Assembly (NCBI RefSeq): GCF_031769215.1
Contig: NW_026781957.1
Location: forward strand, 1,612,001 to 1,676,000
Source of the DNA: Ylistrum balloti
Lineage: Eukaryota
DNA length: 64,000 nucleotides
Direction of reading: 5' to 3'
In this document: piece by piece, positions 54,364 to 64,000 of the stretch
Position numbering within the stretch: position 1 is the stretch's first letter
How the letters are laid out: each line of letters starts with the position of its first letter
The notes under the pieces: model-generated
What the model was told of the DNA's origin: nothing
Seen by the model: the letters and a program-made list of their open reading frames with translations, nothing else
Databases searched by the model: none
Position numbers and translations under genes: made by a program

Positions 54364-57300
54364 TCCACTACAGTGGACTGGGAGTTTGACAAGTTCGATG
54401 ACGGTTCTATGAGTAAGTATGACGGGAACTGTAACATGACAACTTTATTGGTCATGGACAATTTTAATTAATTCCAGCAGCAGTATTCTAAAGCTGCAAT
54501 GTTTAGTGTCGTTATACAAGAGATTAAATGTGTGATGCCAATATCAATACTGCAATTTCTAGTATAGACCCGACATTAGAGTTTCATTCATACATACATT
54601 GCTAAAGCAAACAAACAACCATCTTAACCCATGGATGCCTATCAGAAAACTGTCCACTGGACAGCAGCATCCAGATGTTTTGACAATACGTCTAACGACC
54701 AATATTTTGGGAGCATTAATGCTTTGATTGGGAAAATGTAGAAGTTTTGACATTGTGAATGGAACTCGTAGTTGGCTCCAAACCCTGCAGAAAAAGAGAC
54801 CCATGAGTTCTGACCGATGTTAGATTGTACAATATATGTTGCGCTGTCTTCATGTAATGCTTTGCATTTTTTTGCACCATATTAGATATATCAGCAAATA
54901 GTTTTAAATGGGTGACAGGTAAATCATACATACTTTTTTTTAAAAGCTTGCACTATCCTCTGCTACTGTATATATATATATCTGTACATACAGAACAAAA
55001 GTATGTCAAGTAAAATGTTTACTAGAATGTGAAATACATATATATATTATCGCTGTCATTACTCTACACAGAAATTGTCGGAGAGTTACAACTGAAAAAG
55101 TATGGCCAATTTCTGGAGGAATATGCTTCCCAGTTGAAGGAGATAGAGGGTGCTTTGGATGAATCCATTGGTGATTCATGGGACATGACCCTTGACCCTA
55201 TAGCTTTACAGGTAGGTGTAATTATAATTCCACAGTCACAACAGATAGCATTGTTATACACTTATTTACTTGCATTACACATTTTAATATATTTCATATT
55301 CATGTTGCAAGCTGGTGCATTTGCTAAATAGGTGTATGATTTCAAGTCTTTGTGAAGACAAAGATGAAGTAATTTAGTAAGAAATCCAAGGAGAAGTTCT
55401 ATTCCCTCCTACTGTAAATGCCTTCCTGATCATTCACGTTTCATTCACCAAAGAAGAAATCAAATGGCAAGCATTTACATGACTGTCAATCACTATTTCG
55501 TCTTGTAGCTGTTACCGTATGAACAGACGACCCTACTACAACTGATTAAAACTGACAACAAGATCTTCAACAAGATCATCACTGTGCTAGCCTCACTATG
55601 TTGTGAGATGCAGGCACTGCAGCATGAGGCACAGTCTAAGTTCTATAACGCCCTGCTATTCTACGGAGAAGGAGGTGAGATCAGGATTCTATCAGGATTA
55701 CAACATACATAATCTGTAACAGAGCGTGAGACTGACAGGATTACAAGGTCTTTGATGAACAGAATTTATTTTAAAACTCTCCTTTTATCATTTTATAATT
55801 GTTATAAAATGAAGAATTATCATCAAAATCAATTTTAAAAGATTATGTAAATTGTTGATCTAAAGGTTGATCTTAAATGCTTTAAAATACACTTTTTTCT
55901 CATATAAATTAAGGACATCAACTTGATTATACAAATGTTGAACCTTTAAAACTGTAGTAACTGGTAATTCTGCATGGTTACAGAACCTGAGAATGGTTTG
56001 GGAGAAGGTGAGGCCCAGCTACAGATGGGAAGATTAATGCCCCTCCTTCAGGTAATGGTATCAGCCGTTAACTACATTTACTAATTTTATAGAGTAATTT
56101 CAGTATAACACTGCTAGATTTTCTGACAATGTAATGCTGCATTCAGAGTCAGCAGCCTGTTACAGTGCTTTCTGATAATGTTTTACTATGAATCGCTGTT
56201 ATTTTGTTATTAGTCTCTTACTGGGAACTGGGGGAAACTATAGTTTTTTTTTTGTGTTGGTTTGTCCTTGTTATATTTGTTGTCTGGAACATTTGCTCTT
56301 TAATCTACATTAAGGAAAAATTGTTTATCTGGATCTTTCTATCTTTCTATCCCACAGTCTCATAAATTACTGCTCACTTGAACTTCATACTTAAAGTATG
56401 GGTTTTCCTTGGTGAGGCAGTGTGTGTGTGTGCGTGTGTGTGGGTGGAGTGGGGGTGGGGGGGTCAACAGGGGTGGAGGCAGTAATTTGCGGTGTTTTAG
56501 TGTATGTGTGTTTTAGGGAGAATTGGTGTAAAAGTAGTACTTTTCTATTTCACAGGAGCTGTCATGTTTTGTAAACCGTTGTTATGAAGTTGTGAAGAAT
56601 GTGATTCACCAGTTTGCCTGTCTGTATTCACTGTCTCGGTAAGTCCTTGTATAAAATTTAATCAAGACACTTCACACCTCTGTTATTGTTTTATTTGCCT
56701 GTCAGAGCACAGAGTGATTTTAAACAATGTGTGGGTATTTATCAAAATTTAGACTAATTCTCTCAGTGTTTTCTGATGATAGATAATGTTATATGCATGA
56801 CAAATATTGGACTGATGCATTTACATAATTAATATTATATGATCTGCATTTACATAATTAATATTATATGATCTGAAAGACATGGTTCTCTGGCTCCAAC
56901 CACTGACTTAATTATCAGAGATTTATCTTTCTGATAACAAAACTTAATTTATGTAAATCTGTAAGAATTTTAAACATATTTTTTTTACAGAGGAGGAGCT
57001 AAACTCATTGATGTTACAGAAGTACATTTCAGGGTAATATTCTGTAGTTTAACATTGTGTAATATAAGTGTAAAAAATCACAGAAGTAATTTACAAAATG
57101 GTCTTTTCTAATGCTCTTTTTGTGTAAAATAATTCTGTCACCTTTGAATTAACTATCGAAAAAAGGATTCTTTATTCCTTCATTTCTTCATAATGTGATA
57201 TCTGATTAAATAAGTTTTCTTAAGCCTGATCATCTTAACAGATATTCCCATCATGGATTAAGGATGATTTTACGATGTGTTCCATTTTTCTAGACTGTGT

Positions 57301-60300
57301 TTGAGGAACTTGGAGAAGTTCTCGGAGTACTGATCACTCTGGATGAGATTGTCGATAACCATGCTTCTCTAAAGGATCATTGGACGCTCTATAAAAGGTA
57401 TGGATACACATTTCATACAGAAGCTCATCGTTTTTGCAAAACTTATATACATATCAAACAATTTTACATGGTCAGATAATTTCACAGACAAATTATGGGT
57501 AAGAGAAGTACCCCCATCGTCCACTACATTTCCACACATCAGGCGTGCCATACAGTCATAAAACATTTCTTACCTATGTAGTAGTATATTTTTCTTTCAA
57601 ATCTGTTTCCTAACAAAATTAATTTACAATGTTGTACACCAGACTTCATTTCTAAACACAGAGAAACCTGAGGTTTTGTTGTTTGATTGTAACATGTAGC
57701 ATTGAATGGTAACAAAAAATTCTGTCTGATTTATATAAATAAACAACCAATGTAAATATGGTTTGTTTTTCTTCGTGAGGTATTTTTGTTTGACTTAATC
57801 ACTTGTTTCAGAATGTTGAAATCTGTCCATCATGACCCTGGAAAGTTCTCTATTCCTGGTGACAAATTAAGACAATTTGAAAAACTAATCATGAAATTAG
57901 AAGGAGAGTTATTAGATGGCCTCATATTTCAGGTAATGGAAATTTTAAAACAAATATGAACTTAAATATGATTTCAAGTGTATTTTTTTTTGGATGCTTG
58001 AACTTTTCTATCAATTATTTTATCAATACTTCATGAAAAAAACTGGTGCATTTTCTTGTATTGGTAATTGATTACTAATTAACAATAAATGATAAATCAT
58101 TGTGATGCTGACATACTTTTTCTCTTGTGTTTTGCAGAATTGTGTGGAGCAGTCATTTGATAGCAGTACTGTGTCTGTAACCAAGAACTCTGTGTTCCTA
58201 GATGAGTTTAATATCAACATTAGAGATTACCTGGTAGAACTAGAGACCAGGATAGGTAAGACTCCTTACCTCACCACCTGGGTCCAGATGGGCGGGGCCC
58301 AGTAGGGAAAACTATAAATTTCTTTAAAATCTATTTTGTTCTTATATAGGAATACCTGGATTCTGTCCCTATTTGGTGTGAGACATTTCTGGGAAAAAAG
58401 GGAGAAATTTTGTATGAACAGTGAGTTTCAGTCCATTAGGATCAGAGGGCTGCGGCCAAATAATGGACACAGATCAAATTAATCAAAATCTTTATCATGT
58501 TGGAGCTGAAGACATTCTTGTTGAAAAGAACTTAGTTATTTACAAATAGCCGCATCTTACCCACTTTGGGAGGAGGGTCGAGCCTATTTCAGGGAAATAG
58601 ATGCAAGTGTTTTAAATACGTTTCCCTTAGTTGAAATAAATCAATTTCAGCAAACTAAATCAGGTGAGCGATACAGGCCATATGGGCCTCTTGTTTAACT
58701 TTTTTAATTTGAATTTACAATACTGTACATGTACCTTATATAAAAGATATTTAATGTTCATTTATATAGATAGGGAAATTCTTGTCTCGAGCGAACAAAT
58801 ATCATTGTAGACTGTTATTTGATTCCAACAGGGGAAGCCAATGAGACGGACCAGAGACACAAGTTTGTCGGACTGTGTGGGCTGTATATTTTACACTTCC
58901 AGATCTTCAGGGTGATAGACAAAAAAGTCTTTAAATCTCTCTGGGATATTCACAAAAAGGTCAGGATGTTGTTTATATCACAAAAGTCTGAAAGGTCAGG
59001 GAATTGTTCACATCACATAACAAACAAATCTCAGGACATTTTTCATATCACAAAAAATTCAGCACATTGTTCTCAGAACAAAAATGTCAGAATATTGTTT
59101 TTGTCACTAAAATGTCGGGACATTTTTCATGTCACTATAATGTCGGGACATTTTTCATGTCCTATCTTAATCAGTAGATAACAGATAGTTGGAGTCACAT
59201 GACCAAAAATCAAGATTATGTATCAGATACCAATGTAGAGTTGTTGCCTTTAAATTGTAATGAACAGTAAATATATTTTTGACTTTCTATATGTTTTTAT
59301 AAAAGGACTCAATAACTCCACTGTAGATAAATATTTTGTGTTGATTTATCATATATAGATCCCTGGTGTACACCTTCTGGGGAACATCATCTGGTTCCCA
59401 ACTACCTTCCTACTGAATAGACTCCCACAAATGGTGAAAGCCCTGGACAAGAAGGCTCAGACATCAGTCAAAACTCAATATCAGACCTGGCTGCAGAGTC
59501 GTAACCAGATGCTGACGAGGTGAGGCATTTCATTTCATCAAATCTTATTGACAAGATGCATAGTCAGTTGGAAAGAATTACAGACAAAACCTACATAAAT
59601 TATCTCCGCCAAATGACCATAGAGGAATTAACGATGAGAATTTTATAGGTAATTAAGTAATAGGACATGATTTATTAAGACCAAATTGAAATGAAAATTT
59701 GACAGAAAATAGCTTGGATTAACTCAGGGCTAAGTCAAGTAACCGATGAATGAAACTTGTCGTATAATTCCTAAACACTTACACATACACGGGGGATTTT
59801 CTGTGAAATGGAATAGAGGCTAAGTCTGAAACATGTGATATTTCAATCTTCATGAACTGGTTACATGCTGTGTATAAGAGATTTTAAAGTATTGTAATGT
59901 ATACATTTTGAAATACATGATTTGATTAATGAGACTAGAACATTGAAAAGCATGTCACAAATACTTGTTATTAGTGATATACAGATTGTATGATAACTAG
60001 GCCATGCTTTATAGTAGAGTATGCATGTCTTACCAGGACAAGACATTTTGGTTTTTGTTGTATCACAGCATTCTTCAGCTTCTGTTTGAAAGTTACCTTG
60101 AACATTTAGAATTGATTAGGTAACATAGCCCAGTGCCAGCTGTTTGTAACATACAGCTTTAGCTTTTGTTTCTGTCTGTAGTAAAGTGTTAAGATCCTTT
60201 GTGTTTATGATAAAATACTTCCCCCCTCACATCTACAGAGATGTACAGAACTTCCATACCAGTGTGTCTGCCTGGATGGTGGAGATGGAATCCTCCATGA

Positions 60301-63300
60301 CTCGAGGGAAGACTCTAATGGAGGACCTAAACAATCGCTGTGTCCTTTTTATACAGGTGACTTCTCAGACAAGTAAAACATCTATGTCTCACTCAACAAG
60401 TTATCATGGTATTTTAAAAAGTTTTAGAATCTTACATCAGCATGGTAGGACCAAACTGTGTCAGTGTTGAATTATTTGAATGGACATTTTGCAGAAGTCA
60501 ATACTACATAAAGTAATTCTGTGTGTTTAACATTTAAGGAAGATTTATTTTCCTTAACTTGCAAAGTATCTGGGCTTGATATAACACAGTTCTACAGGTC
60601 GTAAAATGGTCTTGAATTTTGAATCTGAGATAAACATTTTGGCTCTGTTTTCACTATGACAGGGGCTACTGTATGCCTACAACATCAACCACCTGGTGCG
60701 TACAGTGATGAACCTCCATGTAGCTTTACAGAAACCGATGACCAAGACAGCTGTACTTTGTCTCTGTCGCCTCACCGAACTTTTAAAGGTGCAATTTTTT
60801 TGATCTATTTACTAAAATCCTGTGAATTTGATCTAATGTTCACTGGCTAACTATTTGAGGGTGTTGAGGTGGGGAGGAGTTAGACTTCAGATTTGTTTTC
60901 CATTGATTACAAAGGTATTGCACTGATTTAGAACTGACTCGTGAAAAGTTAACTGCTCTAATCAATCTGATCTTGAATTAGAGGTAGGAATCAGAGAGAA
61001 TATATAGGAACCATAATACATCACTTCTCAACTAATATCAAAATTATTATATTAGTAAAATCTCTTATTTTATATCATGGTTCACTTATTCTGTTTTACA
61101 ATGATAGTATTTTATGTTCAGGCCATAGAACACACATTCCACCGGAGGACCATGTTAATAGCGGAGTCTGTCAGTCACATTATCCAGCATCTCAGCTTCC
61201 TCATCCTCAGCTCCATTGGAATGGCAAAGGTCAGTAGACTTAAGGTCATACTGATGACATAGATATGACAGGGCTGAATATCATAGGTAGATAAATAGAA
61301 AAAATATCTCTTGATGATGGAACAAAATCACCATACATAGAAAGTGGAATAATGAAGATTGCTAAATTCAGTCTAATTAATGACTTGTGTATGAAGTAAT
61401 CTCTGTGATTCAAGCATTTGGTAAAATTTAAAATATAACAAAATATGGCCTCATTCTCCAAAAATGATGATTGAAATGCACCTTAATTTCTGGGCAGGTT
61501 CTTGTAAACATAAGTAGACAGTATGAATTCAAAGAAATTTTGATTTTTGTTTAAATATCTGTTTAAAGAAAAGGATTATGTCTGATAAGAAGTACAGTGA
61601 GAGGAGACTTGATGTACTCTCTGCCCTGGTCCTTGCTGAGACTGCCATGAATGGTCCAGGTAAGTGTGTACTCTCTGCCCTGGTCCTTGCTGAGACTGCC
61701 ATGAATGGTCCAGGTAAGTGTGTACTCTCTGCCCTGGTCCTTACTGAGACTGCCATGAATGGTCCAGGTAAGTGTAGACTCTCTGCCCTGGTCCTTGCGG
61801 AGACTGACATGTATGGTTCAGGTTTGTGTGAGGGTATCTGTCCTGGTTTTCATAGAAATCATAACACCAACTTCATATTGAGGTACTTATTGTTAAAGGT
61901 CAAAGTTCACATTTGAAATTTTCAAATTCATCAGGCATTGATACCGTACATAAGAGCAGTGACTTTCATGTGTTATGGACATTTTTCCAACAACTTAATG
62001 CTGCTTATAAACAATAATATCAGCATCACACTATTGATAACATGAACAGACATGTCTGCGTAACACTTGTCATAACCTCTTTTGACCTTGACTGTTCCCA
62101 GGTACAAAGGAGAGACGGCTCATTGCACGATTAACGTTAGCAGTGGGAACTAAGATGGTAAGTGTTATATGTTTATATGTAGATTATAAGGCTTGTTTTT
62201 GTAACAAGTCCTGTAGAATTCTCCCCTGGTGGGGTTCATTGTACAATTTGACAATGCTCTATTGTGATATCCAATTTCTTTGACTTACCTGAAAAGATGA
62301 CCAATACAAATCACATTGTTTGCATCACACATCAGTGTCAATTCTATTTTTCATACAATGGTTTGTGTCCAATAATTAGGTTCTCCTTGGGTCTTTGAAA
62401 TCTGAACTTTATACAGTACTTTCTGTTTATGCCTCTGCTTGTGGTGTTGTCCATAGGCATCATATTGCATCCAATCTCTAATTTTTTAGATTTTCTTCAA
62501 TCTTTTCACAAAGGTCAATAAGGCAATACCTTTGATGAATTTGTATTTGTGAGTTGCAAGGTCAAGGTCACTCTTAGTATTTATAGAAAATCAGACATTC
62601 TTGTGACATCTGTTTAACTAGTGACTTCATTTCTTAAAGGATTTAAATGTTTACACAGATGTCAGACACTATCTTAGATCATATGATTCTGTGTTTCAAT
62701 GTCACCATTCTGATATGTCTGAAAATACTTGTCAAGGATTGTATTATATATCTGAAGGTTAAAGGTCATGGTCACCATTCAGATATGTCCGAAAATGGTT
62801 GTCAAGGATTGTATTATATATCTGAAGGTTAAAGGTCATGGTCACTGTTCAGATATGTCTAAAAATGCTTGTCAAGGATTGTATTATATATCTGAAGGTT
62901 ACAGGTCATGGTCACCATTCAGATATGTCTAAAAATGGTTGTCAAGGATTGTATTATATATCTGAAAGTTAAAGGTCATGGTCAGCATTACAGAGAATGA
63001 CAAAATGGATATAAGTTGAATCAGCTGACTTTCCTTGGATTGAAGAAACTCTAACATCATTACTTCACCTGCCAGATCTGGAGAGAGGTTACTGATATTT
63101 GTTTAATGTTTCATAAAGCGAGAGTAGATTAGCTACGTATTCTAAAAATTCACCTCTTATTTTGTTTTCAGAGGACGTTCAAGGAGGATGAGATTCAGAC
63201 TTTATATGCTAACCTTAAGAAGCTCGAGATGATCTGTGATCTAAGAGAGAGGTAGGTCTATTTGACTGGGACAAAATCATTTCTGAACAAATGTTTCACA

Positions 63301-64000
63301 AATCTGCCTTAAGCTAAGGAAACCTCCACTACCATAGAAAGCATTATGTAAGTTAAGCAAAATCTGAAGTTTAAGGAAATTAACTTATGTGTTACTTTCC
63401 TGTGGGCATTTTGAAGGAAAAGAAAATTTCCTGAGTTAAGGAAGATTTGTGAAACAAGGGCTGATATGTTTGCCTTCCTGCAGGTAGGGCATAAGAATGA
63501 CACCTGCTGCCCTCATTGTATGATCATAAGAGGTGACTTAATTTGGGATCTGATCTACTCTCTAACCTTCTGTAACAATGTCTCCCTTGGTATTGTATTT
63601 AACCTTTCGTTCAGCATTTGCTCGTTTGAGGAAGGCTTTGGACCGAGACATACAGGAGTCTTATAGTTAATACACTTACTGTTTAACATTCAGCATCATA
63701 GTAGTGTTACAGTTGGTCTGCTTGTTGTTAGCATAATGTGAACATGTGGGATTTTCTGCTGACTACCTTTGGCAGTTTACTTCAGCGATGTAGGTCTGTA
63801 TTGTCATAGGGAAGATTATATAAATATGTAAAATATGCACTCAACACGACATTAGACTATATAAAACTGAACCAAAGCAAACTTTCCAATGTTTACAGAG
63901 TCCGACGATCATGTGATTGTAGCTTTATCTACTGGCATCGTGTCATCTTCCCAATCTACCTGACAGATGTCTTAGAAAATGTGGTGGATACACACAGGAT
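54358..64000 (+). CDS. WASHC4: WASH complex subunit 4 (SWIP/KIAA1033); 3'-partial, runs off the right edge
   Basis: Exons: 54358-54412 ([18 protein letters not shown]), 55072-55211 ([24 protein letters not shown]), 55509-55674 (LLPYEQ..FYGEG), 55984-56051, 56556-56638 ([13 protein letters not shown]..), 56991-57033, 57294-57397 (..LKDHWTLYK), 57812-57932, 58138-58255, 58832-58959, 59359-59519, 60239-60356, 60663-60788, 61122-61229, 61569-61659 ([30 protein letters not shown]), 62102-62157, 63172-63251, 63899-64000 ([21 protein letters not shown]..). All phases are consistent. The peptides are colinear with human WASHC4 as recalled ([42 protein letters not shown]). Confidence 0.95.
58280..58696 (+). 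mobile_element. 3' part of a HINE/Pearl-like element in WASHC4 intron 9
   Basis: Characteristic terminus CAGGTGAGCGATACAGGCCATATGGGCCTCTTGTTT (58661-58696) with a 3' hairpin. The 5' boundary is uncertain. Confidence 0.55.
61615..61830 (+). repeat. 54-bp x4 tandem duplication of the WASHC4 exon 15 3' end plus donor
   Basis: GTACTCTCTGCCCTGGTCCTTGCTGAGACTGCCATGAATGGTCCAG|GTAAGTGT. Donors at 61660, 61714 and 61768; a decayed one at 61822. Confidence 0.95.
62701..62985. repeat. 70-bp tandem repeat x4 in WASHC4 intron 16
   Basis: Unit GTCACCATTCAGATATGTCTAAAAATGGTTGTCAAGGATTGTATTATATATCTGAAGGTTAAAGGTCATG at 62701, 62771, 62841 and 62911. Confidence 0.92.

Overview
AT-rich, intron-rich animal genomic DNA; the repeat types suggest a lophotrochozoan, probably a bivalve mollusc (inference). 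Three protein-coding genes can be rebuilt exon by exon with GT-AG junctions and consistent reading phase. (1) p38 MAPK on the minus strand: 11 coding exons, 19369->218, last exon off the left edge. (2) An invertebrate-type contactin on the plus strand: 24 coding exons, 27786-49018, about 1229 aa, with signal peptide, C-type lectin, 6 Ig, 4 FN3 and GPI signal. (3) The 5' part of WASHC4/SWIP on the plus strand: 18 exons, 54358->off the right edge. A tRNA-Glu(TTC) lies head-to-head just upstream of WASHC4. Also present are a TA-flanked IS630/Tc1/mariner remnant, several HINE/Pearl-like non-autonomous elements, and about 25 minisatellites covering very roughly a quarter of the window. The most striking pattern: in all three genes, several intronic arrays were seeded by duplication of an exon/intron junction and carry dozens of sense-strand splice signals. 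One of these, in WASHC4, creates in-frame alternative donors. No prokaryotic systems or CRISPR arrays are present.
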